Source: an uncultured Bacteroidales bacterium
Lineage (GTDB): Bacteria > Bacteroidota > Bacteroidia > Bacteroidales > UBA932
Assembly: GCA_905235535.1 (NCBI GenBank)
Contig: CAJOLS010000004.1
Coordinates: 1 to 50,677 of the forward strand
Direction of reading: 5' to 3'
DNA: 50,677 nt
Within the stretch, counting starts at the first letter, position 1. The number at the start of each line of letters is the position of its first letter. Shown here piece after piece: positions 1-10,210 of this stretch. The translations under genes were made by a program, and so were the position numbers. The notes beneath the pieces are model-generated. The model ran no database searches, was not told the origin of the DNA, and worked only from the letters and a program-made list of their open reading frames with translations.

Positions 1-9
1 AACTATAGA

Positions 10-2763
10 TTACAGGCCAATCCGGGTATTGAACCCGTCGTAATTGATGCAAAGGGCATTCCCGGTCATCTGCTCGGGATCGAAAGGCCTGGGGTTGTCC
101 GGATCCACTACGCACACGCAGAAAATGCGGGATTTGAGCATGCCCGGGAAGGAGCCCTCACGGGCTTTCAGGTTGCAGATGCGGGCCTCGTCGTCCCAAT
201 GGATTTCAAGGGAACTGCACTCCCCTTTCTCGTAGCCGTAGGTGAGGCCGTCATCCTCGTAGAATTTGAAGCTGGCATCCTTTCCGGCATACACCAGGAA
301 AGTGATGTGATCGGCCGGCTTTTCGTCCGTCCACTCCATGGCATCTCCATACGGGAGGATGCTTCCCTCACGCACAAACAGGGGGATGCGCTCATAAGGG
401 GCCTCCACCGTAATGCGGCGGCCGCCGGCATAGTATTCTCCGGTATAGAAATCGTACCAGCCGCCCTTCGGGAGGTAAACGCTGCGGCTGCGGGCGCCGT
501 ATTCGTACACCGGGCAAACCATGAGGGCCGGGCCCAGCATCCACTGGTCTGAAAGGTCCCTCACCTCCGGGTCTTCGGGATAATCCATGACAAGGCCGCG
601 CATGATGGTGGCGTCGTCAAAATGGACGGAGGCGGCCAGGGAATACAGGTAAGGCATAATCCTGTACCTCAGCTGCATGTACCACAGAATGCTGTTGTAT
701 GCCGGGGAGCCTTCCGGGGCAATGTTCCAAAGTTCCCGCTGGGGCCACTGGCCGTGCGTGCGGAACAGGGGAACAAAGGTACCGAACTGGTGCCAGCGGG
801 TCTGGAGCTCCTGCCATTCGGGGGCATTGGCCGGATTCTGGAACTTGCTCATCACGGAGAAACCGCCGATGTCCATGCCCCAGAACGGGATACCGCTCAT
901 GGAGTAACCCAGGCCGGCGGCCATCTGCATGCGCATGTCAGTCCAGGAAGTGCCGATATCACCGCTCCAGGAGGCCGTGCTGTAACGCTGCAGGCCGGAG
1001 AAGCCGTTGCGGGTGAGGAGGAAGACGCGCTTGTCCGGGTCCACGCTGCGCTGGCCTTCATAGATGGCCTGGGCGTTTACCAGGGCATAGGCGTTCAGGT
1101 ATTCGGTGGAAGAACCCAGGGCGTTGGGCGTAAGGAGCCACTTGAAATAGTCCATGGGCAGGCAGTCGCGCAGGTTGGGCTCACTGGCGTCCATCCACCA
1201 GGCGTCAATCTTCTTTCCAAACTTGCTGTAGAGGCTTTCGTCCATCTGGCGCCAGAACATTTTGCGGCCCTTGGGGGCATAGGCGTCGTAGAAACTCTGC
1301 TTGTGGCCCAGCCAGTCCACCAGGCCGTCCTCTTCGGCATGGGTATAGGCAAAACCGGCCTCTTTCAGCTCTTTATAATGCTCTGTATTGGTGTAGAACT
1401 TGGGCCAGACGGAAATCATGAAGCGTCCGTGCATGGCGTGCACGTCGTCCAGCATCTTCTCCGGGTCCGGATAGCGGGAGGCCTCAAATTCGTGGCTGCC
1501 CCACTGGTCCTCGGGCCAGTAGTGCCAGTCCTGCACAATGTTGTCGATGGGAATGTGGCGGCGGCGGAATTCGGCCAGGGTGCCCACCAGTTCTTCCTGG
1601 GTGCTGTAACGCTCGCGGCTCTGCCAGAAGCCCAGGGCCCATTTGGGCATGATGGGGGCCTTGCCCGTGAGCTGGCGGTATCCCTTGATAACGCCGTCGT
1701 AGTTGCCTCCGGCTATGAAATAATAGTCGGCCTGGGGCTCAAACTCGCTCCAGAAGGTGAGGCGGGATTCCTGCTGGGGCGTCTCCAGCGGGGCCACGCG
1801 AAGGCCGATGTAGGAAACATCCCCGTCCGGCTCCCATTCCACCTTGATAGGCGTGGGCTTTCCGGCCTCCAGATGCACGGTGAACTTGTAGCTGTTGGGG
1901 TTCCAGGCCGGACGCCAGCGGCGGCTCATCACCTCCACCCCGTCCACTTCGGTGCTTTGGAAACCGGCATAGTACTGGATAAAATGATAGTCTCCGGTCT
2001 CGTGGGCCGTGATGGTTCCTTCATAGGTTACCGTAGCGCCCATAAGGGGAATGTCAGGCAGGTTCTTGATCACCCACTCGTTCTCGTAGAAAAGGCTGTC
2101 TTCCTTCTGCACCAGGGGTTCTCCAGTCTTGGGCCGATAGGTTCCCGTCATCTCCAGGTCGAAGATTTCTCCCAGCTGGCAATAAGGCTGGGCGCTGCCC
2201 CAGCGGCTGAGGGAATAGGCGTCGAAGAGGATGCCGTAGCCCTTGTTGGACACCACCATGGGCACGCTGATTTTGGTGTTGTACTGGTACAGTTCTTCGC
2301 GCAGGCCTTTGTGGTTGAATTCACCGGCCTGCTGCTGTCCCAGGCCGTAAAAGGCCTCGTCGTCCGTGGAGGCATAGCTCACCGTGGTGCTCCAGGCCTT
2401 CTTGCCTTCCACCTCCAGGGGGGCGAAAGCGGCGTGGCCGTCCAGGGCCAGCGGAGTGCCGTCGGCCTTGAAGAACTGGACTGTGCCGTCGGCCTTGGAC
2501 ACCTCTACGGAAAGGGCCGATGTGGAAAGGACCACCTTGCCGCTTTCCTTGGACACGGTAAAGTCTGTGCATTCCTTCTGGGGAAGGACGGCCAGGCTCT
2601 GGCGGTCGTGAAACTTTCCGTCCGGGGAAACGCTCACGCGCACCACCTCGGGAGAAACCACCTGCAGGCGTACGCTCACGGAGTCGCAATCTACAATTAC
2701 TTCGTTCCGGCTGCAGGCTCCGGCAAGGAGTGCAGCCAGCAAAAGGAGACTAATCTTCTTCAT
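10..2763 (-). CDS. GH31 alpha-xylosidase-like lipoprotein with PA14-type insertion
   Basis: WWMDASEP nucleophile motif and WSGD acid/base motif; GFWQSRERY and GMDIGGF. Insertion in the N-terminal domain resembles BoGH31A/CjXyl31A. Start trimmed to MKKISLLLLAALLAGAC (lipobox). Confidence 0.9.
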   Translation of the reverse strand: MKKISLLLLAALLAGACSRNEVIVDCDSVSVRLQVVSPEVVRVSVSPDGKFHDRQSLAVLPQKECTDFTVSKESGKVVLSTSALSVEVSKADGTVQFFKADGTPLALDGHAAFAPLEVEGKKAWSTTVSYASTDDEAFYGLGQQQAGEFNHKGLREELYQYNTKISVPMVVSNKGYGILFDAYSLSRWGSAQPYCQLGEIFDLEMTGTYRPKTGEPLVQKEDSLFYENEWVIKNLPDIPLMGATVTYEGTITAHETGDYHFIQYYAGFQSTEVDGVEVMSRRWRPAWNPNSYKFTVHLEAGKPTPIKVEWEPDGDVSYIGLRVAPLETPQQESRLTFWSEFEPQADYYFIAGGNYDGVIKGYRQLTGKAPIMPKWALGFWQSRERYSTQEELVGTLAEFRRRHIPIDNIVQDWHYWPEDQWGSHEFEASRYPDPEKMLDDVHAMHGRFMISVWPKFYTNTEHYKELKEAGFAYTHAEEDGLVDWLGHKQSFYDAYAPKGRKMFWRQMDESLYSKFGKKIDAWWMDASEPNLRDCLPMDYFKWLLTPNALGSSTEYLNAYALVNAQAIYEGQRSVDPDKRVFLLTRNGFSGLQRYSTASWSGDIGTSWTDMRMQMAAGLGYSMSGIPFWGMDIGGFSVMSKFQNPANAPEWQELQTRWHQFGTFVPLFRTHGQWPQRELWNIAPEGSPAYNSILWYMQLRYRIMPYLYSLAASVHFDDATIMRGLVMDYPEDPEVRDLSDQWMLGPALMVCPVYEYGARSRSVYLPKGGWYDFYTGEYYAGGRRITVEAPYERIPLFVREGSILPYGDAMEWTDEKPADHITFLVYAGKDASFKFYEDDGLTYGYEKGECSSLEIHWDDEARICNLKAREGSFPGMLKSRIFCVCVVDPDNPRPFDPEQMTGNALCINYDGFNTRIGL

Positions 2764-4303
2764 ATAAAAATTCTTCAAAAAGGGCTTTTCCATCAATACA
2801 GTACGGGCCCACCGTTACGCCCGTGAAGCCGCCCGCCACCTCCGTGGAGAGAAGGGTGCAGTCCAGGCGGGAAATCTCCCGGCCATCTGCCAGAAAGGCA
2901 TATTGTCCGTCCCGGGCCACCACCTCCAGGCGGGCCGAAGGAGCGGCCAGAGCCAGCAGCAGCTTTTCTTCCTTTTCCAGGTTTTTCACCTGGTAGTGCA
3001 CGACGGCCTCCGTCAGAAGGCCGTTACGGCGCAGGCCCAGCGTGGCGTACCCGCAGAAAATCTGATAGACGGCTACGCCCGCCTCCCCGCTTCCGTCCAA
3101 ATGGACGGTGGTGGAAAGGTGCACTTTTTCCGCCTCCTGGCGGCGCAGAAGAGCGGTGGGATGCTCGCTGCCGGCGCCCAGGCCTTCACCGTTTCCGTGA
3201 AGGACCAGGCCGTCCTGAGTAAACTCATAATTCTCCTGAACCGGAGCCTGGATATGCATCCACTCCGGTCCGGGGGCCGATGTAAACCTGTACTCCCGGC
3301 TGCGGCCGGGCACAGGGGCGGGAGCCGCAGGCAGGGACACGGTCATCTTCTCGGCCAGGGGTTCTCCCCCGTTCACCACGGGCCAGCCCTTTTCCCAGCT
3401 CACGGGGGCAAGGAACGTCTCCCGGCCCAGGTGGTGATAGTCTCCGCCGTAGCGGCGGTATGCCAGCATCACCATCCACCAGGAGCCGTCGGCCGCCTGG
3501 AAAAGGTCTCCGTGGCCGGTTCCCTGAATGTTGCTGCCCTGGGCGGCGGCCCGGCAGTGGGTAAAGATGGGATTGGCCGGGTTGGACTCGTAAGGGCCGT
3601 AGATGTTGCGGCTGCGGGCAATGGTGAGGTTGTGGGCCATTTCCGTACCGCCTTCCGAGATGAGGAGGTAGTACCAGCCGTCTTTCTTATAGAGATGGGG
3701 GCCTTCTGGATATCGGCCTCCTGTGCCCGTCCAGATGGCGATTCCGGGGCTGAGGGTGACTCCCGTAACGGGGTCTATCTCGCAAAGGGTTATCACATTG
3801 TCCGGGTTGGAGACCATGTAGCACTTCCCGTCCTCGAACAGGAGGGAGGGGTCTATGCCCTGCTGTTCCAGCCAGATGGGGTTGCTCCAGGGGCCGGCCG
3901 GGTCTGCGGCCGTTACCATGAAGTTACCCCCGCCGCCAACCAGGGTGGTAATCATGTAGTAGGTTCCCTCGTGGTACCGTATGGTGGGGGCGTATATACC
4001 CAGCCAGGAAGTGGAATGCCTAAGGTCCAACTGGGAGGGACGCTCCAGCACATTCCCTATCTGTTCCCAGTTCTGAAGGTCCCGGCTGTGGAAAATGGGG
4101 ACGCCCGGGAAATAGTGGAAACTGGAGTTGACCAGGTAATAGTCTTCTCCCACCGCCACCACGGAAGGGTCCGGGTGGAAGCCCGGAATCACCGGGTTCT
4201 GCAGCTGGGTTTCGACACCTGCAGGAACAACACTGTTCCCACCGCAGGAAAGCAGCAGGAACAGCACCGCAAAAACGGATGTAAATTTTTTAATCCCAAT
4301 CAT
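2750..4303 (-). CDS. GH43 beta-xylosidase/alpha-L-arabinofuranosidase with C-terminal beta-sandwich, lipoprotein
   Basis: PGFHPDPS, GIDPSL, YPEGPHLYK, GTGHGD and GGFTG motifs. Start trimmed to MIGIKK...LLLSC. Confidence 0.9.
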   Translation of the reverse strand: MIGIKKFTSVFAVLFLLLSCGGNSVVPAGVETQLQNPVIPGFHPDPSVVAVGEDYYLVNSSFHYFPGVPIFHSRDLQNWEQIGNVLERPSQLDLRHSTSWLGIYAPTIRYHEGTYYMITTLVGGGGNFMVTAADPAGPWSNPIWLEQQGIDPSLLFEDGKCYMVSNPDNVITLCEIDPVTGVTLSPGIAIWTGTGGRYPEGPHLYKKDGWYYLLISEGGTEMAHNLTIARSRNIYGPYESNPANPIFTHCRAAAQGSNIQGTGHGDLFQAADGSWWMVMLAYRRYGGDYHHLGRETFLAPVSWEKGWPVVNGGEPLAEKMTVSLPAAPAPVPGRSREYRFTSAPGPEWMHIQAPVQENYEFTQDGLVLHGNGEGLGAGSEHPTALLRRQEAEKVHLSTTVHLDGSGEAGVAVYQIFCGYATLGLRRNGLLTEAVVHYQVKNLEKEEKLLLALAAPSARLEVVARDGQYAFLADGREISRLDCTLLSTEVAGGFTGVTVGPYCIDGKALFEEFLYEED

Positions 4304-5693
4304 CGCTTCGGAAGGGTGGCACGGGTATGCCGTTGGATTTTTGGAGATTGGCGCCCATCCAGTTGCGCCATCCGTACCGGACGGCTTTGGGCCTGGGGAC
4401 TTCGGGACAGCGGACCAGGATGGTTCCCCCGTCCCAATCCACTTGGGCCGTGGCCAGGTGGAACTGCTTGTCTTCCCCGGCCAGTTCGAACCCGATGATG
4501 TCACGGGCCGATATGCTCATGAGGTTGGACCACACCTGGGTAAGGGTGACTTTGGCCGTGCCGTCCTCTTCAAAGACCACTTCCTTCAGGCGCGGCAGCT
4601 CGATGGAAACGCCGGAATAAATGTCATATACGTTCTGGAGGGCCCTCTGCACCATCATATCGGCCACTTCCTTCTTCCGGGCAGGATGCACGGTGACTGG
4701 GTTGCCCAGGGTTTCCGTGCACACGGCCCAGGATTTGTCCAGGATTTCTTCCGTATGCAGCTGGTTCTCCACGAAGAAGGAGCGCCAGCGGCCGTCGGAA
4801 TCTCCGTGGCTGTGCGGAGCCAGCAGGGTGAAGATGAAGGGAAGCTCCCTCCCCCACTCTTTGCGCCACATTTCCACCATGGCCTTCTGGAGTTTGTCAT
4901 AGCAGTGCGGCTGGTCCATGTTGGAGCAGCCCTGGTACCAGATAATGCCCTTGGCGGCATACCCTGCAATGGGTTTTACGCGGCCGTTCCAGATGAGCTC
5001 CGGGGTTTCCGGCCAACGCTCCGGCTGCTCCTCAATGGCATACAGGGCTTTGAGTTCCTGCTCCGTAAGGCCCGCAGCATCAATGACTTCGCGGGTCATC
5101 CAGGGTTCTATGCGGCTGCCGCCCCAGGCATTCACAAGAATGCCCACGGGAACGCCCAGGGACTTGGAGAGGCGTTTGGCAAAGAAATAGCCCACGGCCG
5201 ATGTCCTGGCCGTTACGGCGCCGTCGCTGTATGCCCAGGAGGCGTCTACATCGGCCTTAGGCTCCGTGCACTTGGGGGTCTTGATGTCAAAGACGCGCAC
5301 CTGAGAGGCTGTTTCGGGGGCCTCCATAATGGCTTCCGTGGCTCCTTCCACTTCCTGGAACCCAAAGCCGCTGATGGGCATCTCCATATTGGACTGGCCG
5401 CTGCAAATCCACACTTCTCCCAGGACGATATCATTTACGGCAAGGGTCTCCTTGCCGGATTTGACGGTAAGGGTATAAGCGGCGCCATCGGCCTTGCCGG
5501 TAGGGATTTCCACCCGCCAGGAACCGTCGGCCTTGACCGAAGTCTTGTACGACTGCCCGTTCCAACGGACTTCCACCGTTTTTCCGGGGTCTCCCCAGCC
5601 CCATACCGGAACCTGCGTCTGCTGCTGCAGCACGGCATGGTCCGTAAAGAGATGCGAAAGGGTCAGGGTAAGGATAAGGAATAAACTGTTCAT
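4290..5693 (-). CDS. Sialate O-acetylesterase-family (SASA/SGNH) carbohydrate acetylesterase
   Basis: GEVWICSGQSNM, WGGSRIEPW, IWYQG, VHP and PFRSDDW motifs. Confidence 0.88.
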   Translation of the reverse strand: MNSLFLILTLTLSHLFTDHAVLQQQTQVPVWGWGDPGKTVEVRWNGQSYKTSVKADGSWRVEIPTGKADGAAYTLTVKSGKETLAVNDIVLGEVWICSGQSNMEMPISGFGFQEVEGATEAIMEAPETASQVRVFDIKTPKCTEPKADVDASWAYSDGAVTARTSAVGYFFAKRLSKSLGVPVGILVNAWGGSRIEPWMTREVIDAAGLTEQELKALYAIEEQPERWPETPELIWNGRVKPIAGYAAKGIIWYQGCSNMDQPHCYDKLQKAMVEMWRKEWGRELPFIFTLLAPHSHGDSDGRWRSFFVENQLHTEEILDKSWAVCTETLGNPVTVHPARKKEVADMMVQRALQNVYDIYSGVSIELPRLKEVVFEEDGTAKVTLTQVWSNLMSISARDIIGFELAGEDKQFHLATAQVDWDGGTILVRCPEVPRPKAVRYGWRNWMGANLQKSNGIPVPPFRSDDWD

Positions 5694-6845
5694 CTATTGG
5701 TTCAAGTCTATGAGTTTGTTCAGGATTTCTACCGAAAGGCCGGTGCGGAGGCCGTCGGGGGCCGTGTGCAGGCAGTAGTCCACCAGGCGGTCCACCGTGG
5801 AGGTGGCCACATGCATGCGGGTGTCCGAGGAGGCATAGTAGATGAACACCTTGCCGTCCGGGTCACAAATCCAGCCGTTGGAGAAGAGGACGTTCATCAC
5901 GTCTCCGATGTACTCGGGACCTTCGGGGGCCATGAAGAATCCGGCAGGGTCTGCAATCACCTTGGAAGGGTCTTCCAGGGAGGTCATGTACAGATACAGG
6001 ACATAGCGGAGGCCGCTGGCGCAGCCGCGCACGCCGTGGGCCAGGTGCAGCCAGCCCCGGGGGGTTTTGATGGGATGCGGGCCCTCTCCGTTTTTCACTT
6101 CCTTGATGGTGTGATAGTGGCGGAGGTTGATAATCTTCTCCTCCTTGACCACGGCGTCTTCCATGCTGTCCACCAGGGCCCAGCCAATGCCGCCGCCGTT
6201 GCCGGCGTCTATGAAACCGTCCTGCGGGCGGGTATAGAGGGCGTATTTGCCGTTTACGAACTCCGGATGCAGCACCACATTGCGCTGCTGGCTGGCACTG
6301 CGGATATCGGGGAGGCGCTCCCAGTTCACCAGGTCTCTGGTGCGGGCTACGCCGGCGGCGGCCGTAGCGGCAGAGAGGTCTCCTTCGGCCGAATGGTCCT
6401 TGCGCTCTACGCAGAAGATGCCGTAAATCCAGCCGTCCTCGTGGGCGGTGAGGCGCATGTCATACACATTGGTGGCGGGTTCTCCCCACTCCGGCATGGT
6501 GACGGGGCGCGGCCAGAAGGTGAAATTGTCCACCCCATTCGGGCTTTCGGCCACGGCAAAGAAGCTTTTTCTGTCGGCCCCTTCCACGCGCACCACCAGC
6601 ACATACTTGCCATTCCATTTGATGGCGCCGGAGTTCAGGGCGGCGTGGATGCCGAAGCGCTCCATCAGGTAGGGGTTGCGCTCCCGGTCAAAGTCGTACC
6701 TCCATTCCAGGGGGGCATGGTCGGCCGTGAGGACGGGATGCTCGTAACGCTCGTAAACGCCGTTCCCCTCCACCGGGTAGTTCTTTCTTTCAATCAACTG
6801 CTGGTGGCTCACTTTCAGCCACTGCAGACGCTCTTCGTAGTTCAT
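5694..6845 (-). CDS. GH130 4-O-beta-D-mannosyl-D-glucose phosphorylase-like
   Basis: NSGAIK, RVEGADRKSFFAVAES, YDMRLTAHEDG, YTRPQDGFI, KNGEGP and YYASSDTR, typical of GH130_1 MGP. Confidence 0.9.
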   Translation of the reverse strand: MNYEERLQWLKVSHQQLIERKNYPVEGNGVYERYEHPVLTADHAPLEWRYDFDRERNPYLMERFGIHAALNSGAIKWNGKYVLVVRVEGADRKSFFAVAESPNGVDNFTFWPRPVTMPEWGEPATNVYDMRLTAHEDGWIYGIFCVERKDHSAEGDLSAATAAAGVARTRDLVNWERLPDIRSASQQRNVVLHPEFVNGKYALYTRPQDGFIDAGNGGGIGWALVDSMEDAVVKEEKIINLRHYHTIKEVKNGEGPHPIKTPRGWLHLAHGVRGCASGLRYVLYLYMTSLEDPSKVIADPAGFFMAPEGPEYIGDVMNVLFSNGWICDPDGKVFIYYASSDTRMHVATSTVDRLVDYCLHTAPDGLRTGLSVEILNKLIDLNQ

Positions 6846-6848
6846 GGT

Positions 6849-7940
6849 TTATGGTAAGAATACAATATTATCAAGTTCGCTGAAGGCTTTCATGTCGGCA
6901 GCGCCTTCAAAGCCTTCCCAAGCCGCATAGAAATGCCCGGGCTTGTCGTGGGCGTTGCGCCAGGTGAGGAGATAGGTGATGGGGAAATCCTTAATGCAGG
7001 GAACCAGGGTCTCTGTCCACCACTTAGGGTCCGGAAGGCTTTCCAAACCGGTTTCGGACAGGCAGATGAGCTTCTTGTGCTCATTGCCCAGGGCAACCAG
7101 GGCGGAAAGCATGTCCTTTACCTGCGTCTGGAAACGGACACCGGCCTCTTCCAGGGAACCATTCCCCACAAACGCATAAATATCGGTTCCCAGAACATCC
7201 ACAAACTCATCCCCGGGATAGCGGGACATATACACTTCCGGAGGGATGGGGCCGTTGGGGGAATAGCACCAGAGGATGTTGGTGAGGCCGCGCTCTTTGG
7301 TGAAATAGAGCCAGGTGTGCCTGTACAGCTCCTGGTATTCCTGCGCCGTGCACAAGCGGCCGCCCCACCAGAACCAGCTTCCCAGGTTCTCGTGCCAGGG
7401 GCGGAAAATGACGGCCACCTCCCCCAGGCTTTCGATAAAATCGGCCGCACGCTGCAGCCAGAGCATGAATTCTCCGGCCTTCTCACCGCCGGGAAGGACG
7501 GATTTCACCACCTGGTCCGAGGAAATGTCCCAGGCATCTCCGCCCGTGAGGGGGTTGCGCGGGTGCCAGGAGAAGGTGACCATGCCGCCCCGCTCAATCT
7601 GCTTGAGAGCGGCTTTTCGCATAAGGCCGAAGGGAACGCCGTCCAGGTTCTCGGGGTTCCCGAGCTCTATGCCGCCCAGGTCGAAACCTATCAGCATGGG
7701 GTACTTCCCGGTAACGTCCTTCACGTCGGAACGTTCCAGGGCATCGTTTTCCCAATCCTCAACCACCCAGTCGTGGCCATAGACAAGGTCGTCCTGATGG
7801 CCGTAGGCAATGCGGCCCTTTTCGGCATAGGAGTGAAGCTGCCCCAGCAGCACGTCTTTAGGCGATTCCATAGGTCTTTTGTTTCCGGTGCTGCAGGCAG
7901 AAAGAAGCAGCGCCAGGCTTGCGTACACGATTTTTTTCAT
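6849..7940 (-). CDS. GH26 beta-mannanase, lipoprotein
   Basis: YGHQDD, SWHPRNP, FRPWHE acid/base, WFWWG, LSETG nucleophile and TWRN. Start trimmed to MKKIV...LSAC. Confidence 0.92.
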   Translation of the reverse strand: MKKIVYASLALLLSACSTGNKRPMESPKDVLLGQLHSYAEKGRIAYGHQDDLVYGHDWVVEDWENDALERSDVKDVTGKYPMLIGFDLGGIELGNPENLDGVPFGLMRKAALKQIERGGMVTFSWHPRNPLTGGDAWDISSDQVVKSVLPGGEKAGEFMLWLQRAADFIESLGEVAVIFRPWHENLGSWFWWGGRLCTAQEYQELYRHTWLYFTKERGLTNILWCYSPNGPIPPEVYMSRYPGDEFVDVLGTDIYAFVGNGSLEEAGVRFQTQVKDMLSALVALGNEHKKLICLSETGLESLPDPKWWTETLVPCIKDFPITYLLTWRNAHDKPGHFYAAWEGFEGAADMKAFSELDNIVFLP

Positions 7941-7941
7941 A

Positions 7942-9204
7942 TTACAGGCTTTTGATGGCTTCCGAAATAACCTCCACGGTAGAGTCCGTGGCATATACGC
8001 CGTTCAGGCCCTGCGCTTCCTGGGCCGGGTCTCCGGTGTAGGGGTCTCCGCTCTCCCACTGCTCATGAAGGGGATTGGCATATCCGCTCCAGCCCCAGAA
8101 GTTGGCTCCGTCCAGGTAGGTTCCCACCTGCGAAAACAGATAGGAATAGTACTGGTCACGCGCCTTCGTGCCAGCTTCCCGGGAAGGGTTGAAACCGTCC
8201 CTCGGGAAACCGAATTCCTCTGCCACCACCGGAAGGCCCAGCTCCCGGGCCATTTCACGGTGGAACTTAAGATATTCCAGGGTTTTGTCCCTGGCGGCAT
8301 CCATGTCTTCCATCAGATGGTCCGGACGCACCCAGCCCCAGTTGTAGGGCCAGATGTGGATGGTCATATAGTCTATCCCGGGGATTTCGTTGATGGCGCG
8401 CACCAGGGCAGGGTCACTCTCACTTCCCATCAGCCCCTCGTTTCCGGTAGAGAGCAGGTGGTTGCCGTCAATTTCCTTGACAATGCGGGCGGCCTCCGCC
8501 ATCCAGCCGATGAAACCGGCGCGGATCTCCGGATCGTCCGAGAAGCAGCGGGGTTCGTTGCCCAGCTGCCAGGCAAAGATGGCCGGGTCTTCCTTATAAG
8601 GCTTACCGCTTATACTGTTGACGCGCGAGACAATCGTTCTCAGATGGTTGAAATAGAGCTGCTGGGCTTCCCGGGAAGTCTGGAACTTCCGCATCTGCTG
8701 CATGAAGGGCCAGTAGCCGTCCACCAGGGGAATGAGGGCCTTTTCTCCGGTGGCCCACTCCAGGTACTGGCCGTATCCACCGCTCCATTCCCAGGAGTTG
8801 TTCACATACAGGACTGCCTGCATATCCCGCTTCCCCAGTTCCACCAGGAAACGGTCCAGGCCCACCAGGAGGGTGTCGTTGTACACGCCGGGGGCCGTCT
8901 GGAGGGTGGGTTCCACGCGGGAGAACACACCGTCGGCCCCGTCTCCTCCCACCAGGACGCGAAGATTGTCAATGCCCAGTTCCTTGAGAGCATCCAGCTC
9001 CCGCCTGAGGCGTTCCATATCCCCGCCCCGGCCTTCGGAGGCCAGGATGGGGCCGTACCAGAGATTGGTGCCGAAATAAGTGTAAGGCTGCCCGCCGCGG
9101 ACAAAATGTCCGTCCTGGACAGTGACGAAAGAATGGGTGGAACTGCATCCCGAAACCGAAAGGGCCAGGAAAGTCCATGCGAGGGTTATCAGTGCTTGTT
9201 TCAT
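7942..9204 (-). CDS. GH5_7-type beta-mannanase/beta-mannosidase, lipoprotein
   Basis: GTNLWY, NNSWEWSGG, WQLGNEPR acid/base, HIWPYNWGW, EEFG nucleophile and NFWGW. Start trimmed to MKQAL...VSGC. Confidence 0.88.
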   Translation of the reverse strand: MKQALITLAWTFLALSVSGCSSTHSFVTVQDGHFVRGGQPYTYFGTNLWYGPILASEGRGGDMERLRRELDALKELGIDNLRVLVGGDGADGVFSRVEPTLQTAPGVYNDTLLVGLDRFLVELGKRDMQAVLYVNNSWEWSGGYGQYLEWATGEKALIPLVDGYWPFMQQMRKFQTSREAQQLYFNHLRTIVSRVNSISGKPYKEDPAIFAWQLGNEPRCFSDDPEIRAGFIGWMAEAARIVKEIDGNHLLSTGNEGLMGSESDPALVRAINEIPGIDYMTIHIWPYNWGWVRPDHLMEDMDAARDKTLEYLKFHREMARELGLPVVAEEFGFPRDGFNPSREAGTKARDQYYSYLFSQVGTYLDGANFWGWSGYANPLHEQWESGDPYTGDPAQEAQGLNGVYATDSTVEVISEAIKSL

Positions 9205-9234
9205 TATGTTGGCGGCCACAGTTAATGCGACATG

Positions 9235-9242
9235 CAAATTTA
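9235..9242 (-). promoter_or_regulatory. Bacteroidetes -7 promoter element for the GH5_7-GH26-GH130-SASA-GH43-GH31 operon
   Basis: TAAATTTG (TAnnTTTG) on the minus strand, about 30 nt before the ATG. Confidence 0.55.
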
Positions 9243-9305
9243 ACATATTTGCAGTCCCGTCGCCAACAAATTATTGCTTAATAATGGTATTATTTTAACC
9301 CGGAA

Positions 9306-10184
9306 TTAGACAAAAACACGGTTTTTGGTAAACAATGCGCGGAAATCCCGGGGCGTATATCCCCGCCGGCTCTTGAAGGAGCGGTTGAAGTTGGAAAGGT
9401 TGTTGAAACCGCATGCATAGCATATCTCACTGATGGAAGTACTGGTATCTACAAGCATGCGGGCGGCGATTCCCAGGCGGATGTCAATGATGTAGTCCAT
9501 GGGGCTGCGCCCGGAATGCTGCTTGAAAAAGCGGCTGAAGGCAGGAGGTGTCATGGCCACGATGGCCGCCAAATCCTCCAATTTGATTTCTTCCATATAA
9601 TGCTGCGAAATATACTCTTTCGCCTTGCCGATGCGCCGGCTTTCCCGGTCGTGGCCGGACTTGGCGAAAGCGCTGGACGCCAGGGTGCGGGCATCCTTGT
9701 CCCTGGAGAGTTCGTACAGGATTTTGAGCATGTCCAGGAACTGCTCCATATGGTCTTCCTTGGAGGCCAGCGCATCCAGCAGGCAGTACACCCGCATAAT
9801 GGCGCCCAAAGAGAAGTTCACCCCCATCCTGGCCCGCTCGAACATCTTCCGGACAGAGACGAACTGATTCCTCGCAAGCAGGTCTGGGCCAAGCAGATAC
9901 GGGGAAAACTGGATGGTGACTTCGTGGATGTCCGGCTCGTGGCAGTTTCCCTGCTCCCAGCCATGCTCCAGGCCGTCCCCGGTAACCAGGGTAAGTTCAT
10001 AATCCCCTATCTCCTCTATGCTGTCTCCCACTACCCGGCACACGCCCTTCCCACGCTCTATGAAATTGAGTTCGTATTCCTCGTGGGAATGGATGGGCCA
10101 GGTGAATTCGCTCTTGTGGCGGTCCACTATATAGAAGCAGTCCTTGTCCGTAATGGATGTGATTTCCCGGAGTACCTTTGACAT
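9306..10184 (-). CDS. AraC-family transcriptional regulator (cupin plus double HTH)
   Basis: PIHSHEEYEL cupin; FSRFFK...ISEICYACGFNNLSNFNRSFK...TP HTH. Confidence 0.93.
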   Translation of the reverse strand: MSKVLREITSITDKDCFYIVDRHKSEFTWPIHSHEEYELNFIERGKGVCRVVGDSIEEIGDYELTLVTGDGLEHGWEQGNCHEPDIHEVTIQFSPYLLGPDLLARNQFVSVRKMFERARMGVNFSLGAIMRVYCLLDALASKEDHMEQFLDMLKILYELSRDKDARTLASSAFAKSGHDRESRRIGKAKEYISQHYMEEIKLEDLAAIVAMTPPAFSRFFKQHSGRSPMDYIIDIRLGIAARMLVDTSTSISEICYACGFNNLSNFNRSFKSRRGYTPRDFRALFTKNRVFV

Positions 10185-10202
10185 CTGATTATGTTTTTTA
10201 TG

Positions 10203-10210
10203 CAAAGATA
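10203..10210 (-). promoter_or_regulatory. -7 promoter element of the AraC gene
   Basis: Consensus TATCTTTG(CA) on the minus strand, 18 nt before the ATG at 10184. Confidence 0.65.

Noticed and set aside
622-2826. 734-aa plus-strand ORF and similar long ORFs opposite GH43, SASA, GH130, GH26 and GH5
   Set aside because: Antisense shadows of GC3-biased genes; no recognisable motifs.
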